Shown piece by piece: positions 12,101-17,292 of a stretch of DNA of 64,000 bases (positions are counted from its first letter, which is position 1; each line of letters opens with the position of its first letter). The stretch spans positions 30,261 to 94,260 of the forward strand of contig PEAO01000002.1 of NCBI GenBank assembly GCA_002753615.1. The letters run 5' to 3'. A model generated the notes under the pieces. That model had not been told where the DNA came from, made no database searches, and was given only the letters and a program-made list of their open reading frames with translations. A program made the position numbers and the translations under genes. This stretch comes from Magnetococcales bacterium DCbin2. Lineage in GTDB: Bacteria > Pseudomonadota > Magnetococcia > Magnetococcales > UBA8363.

Positions 12101-12426
12101 TCCAGCAGCACCACCTCAGTCCCCTTGGCGACGGCAGCGAGCAACTGTTCCCAACCCGCCACACCGGTATCGATGACCATCAAAGAACCGCCAGAGACGG
12201 CAAGTTGATCCAAGACCGGCGACCAATCTCTATCGGCCCCGTCACCCTGGGCATCCGTATTGGCCACCGTATGGGGAGTGAGATCATCCAGCAGATCCTT
12301 GGTCGTCGCCACCAAGGCACCGTCAAACAGCACCCGTGGTTCCAAAGCCAGCATCATGGCATCCGAAACCACCACGCTGCCCAGAAGAGAGGATAACCGT
12401 TGCCCAGATTGGAGTGTTCGTTTCAT
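1..12426 (-). CDS. Giant repetitive adhesin-like surface protein, N-terminal 4142 codons (3' end lies beyond the left edge of the window)
   Basis: Not in the ORF track because it has no stop in the window. Reverse-complement translation from ATG 12426-12424 (AGGA 6 nt upstream) gives MKRTLQSGQRLSSLLGS. A DUF4347-like module follows (LMVIDTGVAGWEQLL, LHIVSHGRAGEILLG, ILIYGCDVGAG). Two LamG/concanavalin-like modules follow (rc of ~9700-10215 reads WYHLAFTFDGTNTRVMVNG...GGLADVRIWN). Many ~95-100 aa cadherin/Ig-like repeats follow (rc of 1-138 = LYIPNPNYNGRDQFTYTLNAGDRRIDVATVQVTVRPVNDQP). The phase is the same at 138, 10215 and 12426. The + strand ORFs here look like Gly/Arg/Ile-rich antisense shadows. 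Confidence 0.85.
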   Translation of the reverse strand, partial: MKRTLQSGQRLSSLLGSVVVSDAMMLALEPRVLFDGALVATTKDLLDDLTPHTVANTDAQGDGADRDWSPVLDQLAVSGGSLMVIDTGVAGWEQLLAAVAKGTEVVLLDPERDGVAQITELLAGRTQLESLHIVSHGRAGEILLGSSRLTLDTLEGQSEVLATWGSALAQDGDILIYGCDVGAGSRGEAFVQALSHLTGADVAVSSDATGAATLGGDWNLEVRQGDVNVSSPFDATIFSSFYDLLEAPIAVPGVNDHGLTLDGVNDWVNLDDKTQAKYPLNPTEGTISLWFKINESYATTVGKYGFILSNTSSLVAGSELIHLHVESTGNNDAAGPTWNLFGGMDGFNATSIAVVRSGQWHHAVLTWRTVGNNPVGDIFLDGQNIESFSGGISFTSTTTINNLVSIGSFADTGNFTFPGSIAEVRLWNTGLSTTAATALSWARSDMTTTSLTGAEAGLTGYYALDDGVTDSADTVATDTKNGINGSLSPSGEPQWITYPTEGSAGVTVSLGGSDADGDTITQATLTSIPDAVTEGTLYVPSDLTTPLTVGAQITTASDALRRVVFVPAADFDGTATWNFTVTDSTALDSSAATVSITMEPVQDAPTLTAAAPVLTAIDEDATANAGQTIASFAGAGVTDVDTSPTPSEGIAITALNSGYGTWQYDTGSGWTAVGAVSGTSALLLRDTDQIRYIPDGLHGESVGLTYRAWDQTSGTTGNKVDVSSYGGATAFSTNTDTATLTVTEVIDAPQVVIDTGDQLVFDGNNDTITSPTFVFPTTAFTIEMWWKPTVTLTSASARQDLLFCNGATGRPHISFNKNGGGEIGIYTKIGGPSYDTAVSTTTSWTAGVWYHLAFTFDGTNTRVMVNGQLEKQVSQPGVHEAQTGFYLGARSNLLNDMKGGLADVRIWNTAQSSASIVTNMSRTLTGSEAGLVGYWPLNEGVGAVANDQAGAKNGTITGATWNTSADGVWGLEEQNIAIPGLSLTDIDATGNTTVTLAVTQGTVTVDTAVAGGVGAAGVTGNGTGAVTLVGTLAQLNATLAGTNALVYRGSLNFNGTDSLAIGVTDSTGGTAAGTVAITVYNVYDPLAVTAGGALTFVEGNAATVADAGLTVSNEDGANLTGAQVSITAGYVAGQDVLNFVNTGAITGTWNAGTGVLSLTGTTTTANYLTALRSITYNNAGGDNPTAGVRTLAWRVTSALGTSPASPSTVTVQAVNDRPVMTASAALNYQENDAGTVMDATVTVADADNTTMQSATVTIANNFVVGEDRLVFVNQSGISGSWDGATGVLTLSGPATLTNYRNALRSVRYINDNTTAPQASTRQVQFSVYDGGLASVAVSVNVTVSAVNDPPVITLPAPGTVNEDQSLSLTGISVADVDIAGGNIQLALAVNHGIINLATTAGLSFIAGANGSSTMTISGTVAQVNNALNGMTYQPDGDYFGAESLAIVANDLGGSGSGGAQSTAASLGITVTAVQDAPVASIDAISAFEDIPKIITIATDLLANDTDVDGDLFTLVSFTNPSYGTLVDNGNGTLTYLSSSNYHGNDSFNYTVSDGHGNTSQSVVTMVVNDIPDSLQANSDTATTDEEVATSFWVLDNDRDPDFLPFGLNPARAVIGFTDPAHGQVTYQGNGQFIYTPDDDYAGADSFTYTLSVGDARTDVGTVNLTVNNINDMPMVATNTGAAVVEGASVTITPVFLQIADVEQAAAQVTLTLVNTPDYGSLTLNGVALVAGQTWTQDDMNQNRLVYTHGGSETLADNFSFTAADGVGGSLTETNFNLTVIPANDNPVLVKNGVTVAEGGDVTIGNGNLAATDVEDTAADLTYVLDVLPPQGSVLLNGVALGLGGQFTQVDVDSGNLVYRHNGSETLADSFSFHINDSQGGTLATTALPITITAANDAPVWSLPGAQSINEDVDTDITGISFSDADLGGGNASVTATVAHGILTLSSTVGLTFDAGGNGTATWTVSGTAANVNAALAHILYRGQANFNGADSLVLVVSDGGGSGAGGAKVAVANVSITVQPVNDNPIVGADGFVTAESTSVTLDIADDLMINDTDPDGGVLTFVSFTQPTHGTVTPVGATLVYAPVALYNGLDAFTYTIVNARGDSATATVSMTVAPVENALSPVDDAVSLLEDGSVTTGNLLANDRDPDFLPDGINPALSIIGFTPAAFGTVTYLGGGQFHYVPDADFTGIEVISYTLSAGDLRTGTGDITFTVTALNDDPTLPINTGLSLNEGDSVVLTNVMLLGQDLEQSATQVQFILATPPSHGTLSLSGTALAAGAIFSQDDIDNHRVVYTHDGGESVSDPFVLTVMDGVGGFLLNQTVAVTVAAVNDAPQLSVNTGLTVAEGGSGVITSAALAVTDAESGNNAIVYSLTAVGSHGQVRLNGTALSVGQTFTQADLAASKVDYLHDGGETLTDEFRFTVSDSQGGSSGETPFVITVTPVNDPLVVTAGGALVFTEGDATLVASSSMTVSDPDGTHLIGAQVAIVGGYSTGEDVLGIVNTASILGAWDAGTGILTLSGVASMADYQTALASVTYNNAAGDNPTAGMRTLAWQGIDTSGTGPASQSLITVVAVNDRPGLAGGTAFTYSENDAATLIDPNLTLSDADSTTLQGATVVISSNYVAAEDRLVFTNQLGISGSWDGATGVMALSGSASVADYQTALRSVRYVNDNGDTPQSSLRQVGFSVHDGSLSSTVVSSNMSVVAVNDPPVVTVSGPRVVGEDLMLILAGINVTDADLGAGDIQLSLGVNHGIVDLGTTVGLHFSLGADGSATMIFSGSLAAINDALNGMFYEPDADYVGADSFTIVANDLGGSGSGGAKSAAAAVAITVNPVQDTPVANADAILAQEDVTKIITITGDLLANDGDVDGDLLTFVSFTNPSQGVLVNNGNGTLSYLSNNDYHGVDAFTYTIGDGHGNTDVGTVTVVVNPIPDSLVAGNDSASTGEDTAVTLSVLDNDLDPDFLPNGLNPALNVIGFSNPAHGQVVHLGNGQLVYTPDPNYFGTDTLTYTLNAGDARIDVGTVTITVTPQNDAPMMAAPASGPVLEGGTLVITAAMLPVSDPEQSASQVTVTLVNAPVHGRLERDGTILSPGQTWTQEMMQQGRLLYRHDGSETSADSFSFTATDGVGGTMLETNFGVTVTAVNDNPVLTQGAVSVIEGGQGVIDGTILLATDTEGGAASLGYVLDALPVHGYLSFHGMTLGLGGGVFTQADVNAGGLVYVHDGSETTGDSFSFHVTDPQGGATPVTVQGITVIPGNDAPVWSLPGGWSGNEDQNLDITGVQISDSDLGVGVIHVSLSVSHGTVTLPVTTALTSSAGANGSGSWTFSGSIASVNAALNHIVYRGNANFNGSDQLVLVADDGGLSGVGGAKVAIGSVGITVQATADNPNAGLDAFSTAEDIALTLDIASDILANDFDPDGLSFSLESVTQSAHGTVTVSGSNLIYTPAAHYNGLDSFTYTIINSNGGRASSTVSVVVNPLADQLRPGDDQVTVVEDGMVVTDNLLANDRDPDYLPDGRNPALSIIGFSAAAHGSLTWNGDGRFTYVPEADFDGYDHFSYTLSAGDQRMDTVWVVVTVTAANDNPSLVTNTGLDLEEGGQVTLTSAMLKALDLEQGPSQIQFIVASVPTHGVLTLHGVSLSRGSLFSQDDIDNHRVVYSHGGDESTNDSFLVSITDDAGGYLLSQPIFIRVTPVNDAPRLLTNAGLTVAEGGRAALSTAGLSVTDAESHSGEIFYDVSTIPVHGQLRLNGVALDSGQRFSQADLMAGRVEYFHDGSDTVTDGFTFTVSDGQGGRLAQTPFTITITPVNEPPVLTSPGWFTVLEDESTPLRGIWVSDSDIGSGMILVRLSVEHGRLSVPELDGLQFQNGRNHTASMTLVGPVDIVNRALMGLHYQGVWDYNGYDRLALLISDQGNDGTVSAATTGKTVVLEVTPVEDPPLPGMDAIMSPPDHPFVADEPVVIDVGPSLLANDYDGDATGLTISGFTQPQFGSLVDQGNGRFVYTPNANFKGYDQFTYTVTDRTGKYAFTTVVIINPVMDGLDAGDDTLVAHEDEPGQTINLLRNDRDPDFKGGTNPKLTIIAFTQGAHGRVVYVGNQSFLYIPNPNYNGRDQFTYTLNAGDRRIDVATVQVTVRPVNDQPNIAVN

Positions 12427-12625
12427 GGTCGTCCTAATCGGTGAAAAGGTTTTCGTCCATGAAGCCAACCGGCTCCTAAGCCACGAAAAACAGACGCGCC
12501 ATAAAAACCTGTACGCAACAAGCGTACCTTATATTTTATTATTTAATATCAGTATATTATCATGAATCAGTCAGAAATTTTTCCAACTGAATGTGCGGAG
12601 ATGTAAAAAATTATTGACATGTTCG

Positions 12626-12683
12626 CGGTCACATGGCGGGGATGGTGGTGACAAACGCCGGTTGGCTCTCACGGGAGCGATAG
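12626..12683. repeat. 58-bp direct repeat, left copy (orphan copy of the 3' end of the SPOR gene)
   Basis: cggtcacatggcggggatggtggtgaCaaacgccggttggctctcacgggagcgatag matches 13441-13498 at 57/58 positions (C/T difference at 12652 vs 13467). The copies are spaced 815 bp apart. Confidence 0.9.
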
Positions 12684-12694
12684 AAAACTTCGTC

Positions 12695-12722
12695 TTGACA
12701 TAGGACTTATCAGTCCTATAAT
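12695..12722 (+). promoter_or_regulatory. Sigma70-like promoter with embedded palindromic operator upstream of the toxin-antitoxin cassette
   Basis: TTGACA is at 12695-12700 and TATAAT at 12717-12722, with a 16-nt spacer. The spacer is filled by the perfect palindrome TAGGACT-tatc-AGTCCTA (12701-12718), as expected for antitoxin autoregulation. Confidence 0.6.
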
Positions 12723-12730
12723 GATTTTCC

Positions 12731-13097
12731 ATGGAGATTGTATTCTATCGCGAAAAAGATGGCTCATTTCCAGTTCAAGATTTCCTTGATGGGCTTGAAA
12801 ATCAGGGGGCAGCGCGTATCATGCAGTATCTTACCCATCTTGCCGATTCTGGTGGAAGGGCAACAGGTTCAGCCTATTAAGAAACTCCACGGATACCCCC
12901 TGGAAGAGATCAGAGTCAAACAGCCTCGCACTCTCCATCGTGTGATTATCCACGTTCAATTGAGAGATAAAATCTTGGTTCTGCATGGATTCACAAAAGT
13001 TGAGGGACAAGAAACGCCAAAAAAAGAGCTTGAGCAAGCCCTTGCACGCTATCAAGCGATGACTGCCACCCATGGTGAATCGAAACGTCATGAATGA
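12731..13097 (+). pseudogene. Gp49/HigB-like (RelE/ParE superfamily) toxin, disrupted by a 1-nt frameshift
   Basis: ATG 12731 gives MEIVFYREKDGSFPVQDFLDGLENQGAARIMQYLTHLADSGG, then runs into TAA at 12878-12880. The family-like sequence continues in the next frame (track ORF 12738..13097): VQPIKKLHGYPLEEIRVKQPRTLHRVIIHVQLRDKILVLHGFTKVEGQETPKKELEQALARYQ. Removing one G from GGG 12858-12860 restores a single ORF. Confidence 0.75.
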
Positions 13098-13413
13098 TCC
13101 ATTTGATGGTCTCAATCCCGATCATTGTCAGGATGGAAACACTTACCTTCAAGAACGCTTGAAAGATCCACAATTCAAGATTGCCTATGAAGTTGAGGGG
13201 ATAAGGATTCAGATTGCCGAAAAAATCCTTGAAAGACGGAGGATGTTACACCTTACCCAGAAACAGCTTGCCGACCGTGCCATGACCGGGCAAAAAGTGA
13301 TTTCAAGGATTGAAAGAGCGGAGATTTCTGTAGGCGTTGATTTGCTCCAAAGGGTGGTGAAAGCTTTGGGTGGGGAAATTTCTGTCGATATGAATTTCGC
13401 TCATCCCGCTTAG
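13090..13413 (+). CDS. XRE-family HTH antitoxin (HigA-like)
   Basis: Contains LHLTQKQLADRAMTGQKVISRIERAEISVGVDLLQRVVKALGGEISV, a typical XRE HTH. ATG 13090 overlaps the toxin stop (ATGAATGA). An alternative in-frame ATG lies at 13072. Confidence 0.8.
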   Translation: MNDPFDGLNPDHCQDGNTYLQERLKDPQFKIAYEVEGIRIQIAEKILERRRMLHLTQKQLADRAMTGQKVISRIERAEISVGVDLLQRVVKALGGEISVDMNFAHPA

Positions 13414-13440
13414 TTTTCCATGCTTGGGGTTACACCGCAA

Positions 13441-13498
13441 CGGTCACATGGCGGGGATGGTGGTGATAAACGCCGGTTGGCTCTCACGGGAGCGATAG
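13441..13498. repeat. 58-bp direct repeat, right copy (the true 3' end of the SPOR gene)
   Basis: Covers the last 17 codons plus the stop of the 13444..15039 gene (...YRSRESQPAFITTIPAM*). See the left copy at 12626-12683. Confidence 0.9.
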
Positions 13499-15039
13499 TT
13501 GTCCCGCAAACGGCGGGCTTTGGAAAAGCCCTGGAAACGGCCAATCCAGACCATGCGCCACACACGCCCTTTACCGTCCGCCTGTGAAACAATCTGGGGT
13601 CCATATCCCTTGACACGCAACTGATCCACCAAAGCCTGTGCCCGATTTTCATCGGAGAAACTGCCGACCTGAACCGCATACCGCCACGATTGCGGCACCG
13701 TTGCTGGAGCCACGGCTTCCCTCTGAGGGGCCGCCACCTCCAATACGACGCCATCCGCTTTGGGCAAGGGGGCGTTGTCCAACATCCGAATGGAAGAATA
13801 AGCATCCACTGGAGTGACAAAAACCGCCATTCCCTCCTTATCCCGAAAGGCTTTCGCCTCCCCACGGGCTTGACTCAAGTTCCAATAGCGGCCAATCCAA
13901 ACAGAATGCCACACACGATCCGCCGCATCCTTGGATTCCTGGACCGTGGCATCATACCCTTGTCTACGCAGTGTCGCCGCCAAATCCCACCCCTTGGCCG
14001 GAATCAAAAAGCTCCCGACCTGCACCGCATACCGAAACAACACCTTCCGCCCGGTCTGCAACGAGACATGGACCGGCAAAGACTCCTTGATCAAAAACCC
14101 CTTGGCCTGTTCGCGGGCTTCCAAATAACGATCATACAACCCGATCCAAACCCGCCAAGCCAGCACGTCGGTATGCCCCTCAGGAATTCCAGGAATCTCG
14201 GAAATTTCCGGTTCGTATCCACGCTTGCGCAGTTCCTGAACCATTTCCAAGGCATTTTCAATTTTGGCAAAAACCCCCACCTGCAACACATAGCGTTCAT
14301 TTTTGCCATCGACCCCTGGCATCTCAGCCCCCTGAGGTGCCGTTCCAGAGATGGCAAGATCCTCCCTGGCCACCCCATCCCGTTTTTTGGGAAGGGCCTC
14401 AGGAGCGGCATTTGGTTCCACTTCCCATGTTGCTTCCAGGGGGATTTCCTCGTGGACAACCACCGTCACCGGGGCAGGATACTGCAACGCCGGAAGATAA
14501 AATCCATCCCTGCCCAGTACCGGAAAAACAACGGCCCGCCCCGGCAACCCCATTTTTTCGCCAAAGCGGCGCAAAGCCAGATCAACCACCTCCGCCCCCT
14601 GCTCCCCTTCGGTCCAGGGAATACCAAACATCCAAAAAGGAAATCGATCTCCCACCCCGATGACCTCCAAGGTGAAGAATCCCTTGGGCGGGGGCTGATA
14701 ACGGCCCGTCAACAACCATTGCACCCCCAAAGCACGCAACTGCTGCGCCGTCGTTTCGTGAAACAACTGCGTCTCATCCAATATCGTCTGCCCTTTCCAG
14801 GACGCAGCATGATTCATCGGCACAAAGCGGCGAAAATAATTCAGGGTATCGTCGTGTACCGTCATGGCGGGATCTTGGGGACCCCTCAGTGGCAATACCG
14901 CCAAGGTGCCACGGCTAATCCCAACCTTGGGTGGCGGTTCCGAATCAAACCATGCCAACCGTTCCAGAACCGGCTTCAGCGAACAAGCCGCCAGGGAGAA
15001 AGCCACGACGAAGATCAAAAAAATACGGATACCGTTCAT
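13444..15039 (-). CDS. Lipoprotein with three C-terminal SPOR (peptidoglycan-binding) domains
   Basis: Three SPOR-like units are present (RYVLQVGVFAKIENALEMVQELRKRGY..., RYAVQVGSFLIPAKGWDLAATLRRQGY..., RYAVQVGSFSDENRAQALVDQLRVKGY...WIGRF). The likely start MNGIRIFLIFVVAFSLAAC carries a lipobox (LAAC). ATG 15039 overlaps the upstream stop as ATGA. Confidence 0.85.
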   Translation of the reverse strand: MNGIRIFLIFVVAFSLAACSLKPVLERLAWFDSEPPPKVGISRGTLAVLPLRGPQDPAMTVHDDTLNYFRRFVPMNHAASWKGQTILDETQLFHETTAQQLRALGVQWLLTGRYQPPPKGFFTLEVIGVGDRFPFWMFGIPWTEGEQGAEVVDLALRRFGEKMGLPGRAVVFPVLGRDGFYLPALQYPAPVTVVVHEEIPLEATWEVEPNAAPEALPKKRDGVAREDLAISGTAPQGAEMPGVDGKNERYVLQVGVFAKIENALEMVQELRKRGYEPEISEIPGIPEGHTDVLAWRVWIGLYDRYLEAREQAKGFLIKESLPVHVSLQTGRKVLFRYAVQVGSFLIPAKGWDLAATLRRQGYDATVQESKDAADRVWHSVWIGRYWNLSQARGEAKAFRDKEGMAVFVTPVDAYSSIRMLDNAPLPKADGVVLEVAAPQREAVAPATVPQSWRYAVQVGSFSDENRAQALVDQLRVKGYGPQIVSQADGKGRVWRMVWIGRFQGFSKARRLRDNYRSRESQPAFITTIPAM

Positions 15040-15878
15040 GTGGATAAAAACCGTTTGGTTTCCCCTTCCAAGACGAGACACGTCAGCTTGGTCGAATAAT
15101 AGGCACCCGTATCGATTCCAATACGATTAGGCAGTGTCACAGGTCGTTCGGTCACCGTATGACCGTGAACAATCACACGGCCATGATACTGGTACGAATT
15201 TAAAAATGGTTCCCGAATCCACAGGAAATCCACAGGATTCTGTCGCTTTAAAGGGACACCCGGTCGCACCCCGGCATGGACAAAAAAATAATCACCCACT
15301 TCATGGCAATGACGCAATCCAGAAAAAAAATTTTCATGTCCCGCAGGGATAGCCTGCAACAGTCCATCCCGCAAATCGATCATTTTTTCCTCGGCTGAAA
15401 CACGATTGGCCACCCGAACACGATAACTGGCAATGGTTGCCAATCCCCCATGCGCCAACCAACCGTGATCTGGCTGGGGGCGAGCCAGGAAGGAGGCCAT
15501 TTCCGCTTCATGGTTGCCCTGGATAAAGATCGATTCAAAACCGGCCAGGGGATGAAGCAACAAAAAATCGATCACCTCCCGGCTCTGATCACCGCGATCA
15601 ATATAGTCGCCCAACAGTATCAAGATTTTACGTTCCCCAGGCAACAGGGTGCGACTATCAGCATCGATGAGTTCAAATATTTTTTTCAATAGGTCAAGGC
15701 GTCCATGAATATCGCCCACGGCGTATACACGGCACCCTTCGGGGATTTTAGCTGGAGACTCTGGACCTTGAACCGTGGTCAGGTCTAAAGCGACGGGGTT
15801 TCTCCCAGAGAACTTGGAAAAGAGACGTTTGAATAATTCCGACAACACCGTTTCCCCTGGGAGGTGGGTCGTTTGCAA
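15036..15878 (-). CDS. PPP-family metallophosphoesterase (PrpA/ApaH-like Ser/Thr phosphatase)
   Basis: Motifs VGDIHG, LLGDYIDRGDQS and QGNHE are present. The only available start is non-ATG (TTG at 15878). The gene is translationally coupled to the SPOR gene. Confidence 0.85.
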   Translation of the reverse strand: MQTTHLPGETVLSELFKRLFSKFSGRNPVALDLTTVQGPESPAKIPEGCRVYAVGDIHGRLDLLKKIFELIDADSRTLLPGERKILILLGDYIDRGDQSREVIDFLLLHPLAGFESIFIQGNHEAEMASFLARPQPDHGWLAHGGLATIASYRVRVANRVSAEEKMIDLRDGLLQAIPAGHENFFSGLRHCHEVGDYFFVHAGVRPGVPLKRQNPVDFLWIREPFLNSYQYHGRVIVHGHTVTERPVTLPNRIGIDTGAYYSTKLTCLVLEGETKRFLST

Positions 15879-16052
15879 AAGAGGCAGATTTTACCCCTCG
15901 GTAGGATTTTTTTTCCCGCTTTGGTCGCCGACACACTCATTTTTTCGTGTACCACCAATCGATTAAATGATGGCACATAATCTGCTTTCCCTATAGCCAA
16001 CGGCTATCCCAATCACCTCAAGAAAAGCGATTTTATTTCCCAGGAGACTATC

Positions 16053-16391
16053 ATGTTGCACAGCCAACCTGCAAACATCGACACCGCCCTGCACATACTC
16101 GGGAAAGGTCCAGCACACCCCGCTTTTGACGATGCCTGGGAATATCTTGCCATGTCCAAAGATCCCCACATCCAGTATGCCATGCGTTTAGCGGTGGAAG
16201 AGACCTTTGGCCCCTATCCGCAACCCCTAGGCTATGCCGAAAACCAGGAGCCATTCTGGGATATTGATGAGATGTCGCGTTACCTAGGGGTCAGCAAGGA
16301 TGAATTACTCGAAAATGCGCAAGAAATCGAGGAGAAATGGGGTTCCAAGACCGCCATGCGGGATAGTTCGGAGCTGCATTTATTGCACTGA
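16053..16391 (+). CDS. Hypothetical protein (112 aa)
   Basis: ATG with an AGGAG 7 nt upstream. The composition is acidic and protein-like. No family recognised. Confidence 0.55.
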   Translation: MLHSQPANIDTALHILGKGPAHPAFDDAWEYLAMSKDPHIQYAMRLAVEETFGPYPQPLGYAENQEPFWDIDEMSRYLGVSKDELLENAQEIEEKWGSKTAMRDSSELHLLH

Positions 16392-16407
16392 CTTAAAGCC
16401 ACGCGAA

Positions 16408-16435
16408 CGATACCGGGGACCGCCACCCGGTATCG
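16408..16435 (+). terminator. Stem-loop after the 16053..16391 gene
   Basis: CGATACCGGG (16408-16417) pairs with CCCGGTATCG (16426-16435) around an 8-nt loop. No clear T-run follows, so function is uncertain. Confidence 0.35.
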
Positions 16436-16592
16436 GAAATTCCATCCCCTCCCCCGCCTCTCCCGCCATCCCCTGAGGGTCCATCGGACCAAACCTGTCT
16501 TTTCCACCACTGGCATACCGTGTGCTTAGGGATTCATCCGTTGATCACCCAGCGTCAAACATCAATCGCTCTCAACTCTATTCCGGGTACTC

Positions 16593-16817
16593 ATGCGAAA
16601 TTATGCCGATCTTTTCATCCTCCAGCAGGAACTCAAACAACCTCCCCCTGGGCGTACCAATAATCCCATGGATTTAAAATGGTTGGCCTTGGATCGTTTT
16701 GTTGCCTTGTATCAGGCCCCGTCTATGGTCAACGACGCCTGGACCATTCCCCTGTGGAGCGGCGTGGCGGTCGATCGTGGACTGGTGGAAAATATCGAGG
16801 GTGAGGGCAATGGCTGA
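16593..16817 (+). CDS. Hypothetical protein (74 aa)
   Basis: An ORF only, with a weak RBS. No family recognised. Confidence 0.35.
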   Translation: MRNYADLFILQQELKQPPPGRTNNPMDLKWLALDRFVALYQAPSMVNDAWTIPLWSGVAVDRGLVENIEGEGNG

Positions 16818-16943
16818 GACTTTGAATGATTTTTCTTACCAAACCCAAGGGACGAAAGTCGCGTCGTTGTCTTCATCAACGACAGAGTACTCGGTCTACC
16901 CAACAATATAGAATCAATTTTTCAACTTGGGTGCAGTATAAAT

Positions 16944-16977
16944 AAAAAACGGCCACCAAAACGGTGGCCGTTTTTTA
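16944..16977. terminator. Bidirectional intrinsic terminator
   Basis: AAAAAA-CGGCCACC-aaaac-GGTGGCCG-TTTTTT. The 8-bp GC stem is flanked by an A-run and a T-run. It lies immediately 3' of the tRNA fragment on the minus strand. Confidence 0.8.
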
Positions 16978-16984
16978 TTTTATT

Positions 16985-17034
16985 TGGTAGGCCGTCACAG
17001 GATCGAACTGTGGACAAGCTGATTAAGAGTCAGT
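16985..17034 (-). tRNA. 3' fragment of tRNA-Lys(CUU), from the anticodon stem to CCA; putative attL core
   Basis: The minus strand reads ctgaCTCTTAAtcag (anticodon loop, CUU) - cttgtc - CACAG-TTCGATC-CTGTG (T arm) - ACGGCCT-A-CCA. No matching 5' acceptor strand (AGGCCGT) or D arm lies to the right, so the gene is incomplete here. Confidence 0.75.
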
Positions 17035-17173
17035 TGTTCTTTAAAAATCCCTCCTTGATCTTCTTCAAATTTTTCTGCGTCAGACGTTATTTGTTCCATG
17101 TAAATAATTAAGATATAACTGAAAATCAGTATCATGTTGCACCATGTTGTCTCGTCTGGTATCATCCAAAAAT

Positions 17174-17224
17174 CACACCCAAAACCACACCCAGGAGATA
17201 TTTTTCACACCCTAAATCACACCC
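17174..17224 (+). promoter_or_regulatory. Four direct CACACCC repeats (candidate integrase arm-type sites)
   Basis: CACACCC occurs at 17174, 17186, 17206 and 17218 (spacings 12/20/12), between the att core and int. An inverted repeat CCCACT...AGTGGG follows at 17222-17247. Confidence 0.5.
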
Positions 17225-17292
17225 CACTGGGATATGATAGAGTGGGTGAGAGCAACTGGTTTCAAAACGTGAACAAATGATTCGGAGAAAAA

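Noticed and set aside
145-12396. Dozens of + strand ORFs (up to 368 aa) listed in the track across the first 12.4 kb
   Set aside because: They are Gly/Arg/Ile/His-rich, overlap each other in several frames, and lie antisense to one continuous minus-strand frame that translates into recognisable adhesin domains. I treat them as shadow ORFs.
13690-15099. 469-aa + strand ORF
   Set aside because: It is antisense to the SPOR lipoprotein gene. The composition is Pro/Arg/Gln-rich and non-protein-like, with no motifs.
16985-17100. A complete tRNA gene at the prophage junction
   Set aside because: Only the anticodon stem-loop, variable loop, T arm and acceptor 3' strand are present. No AGGCCGT 5' acceptor strand or D arm follows.
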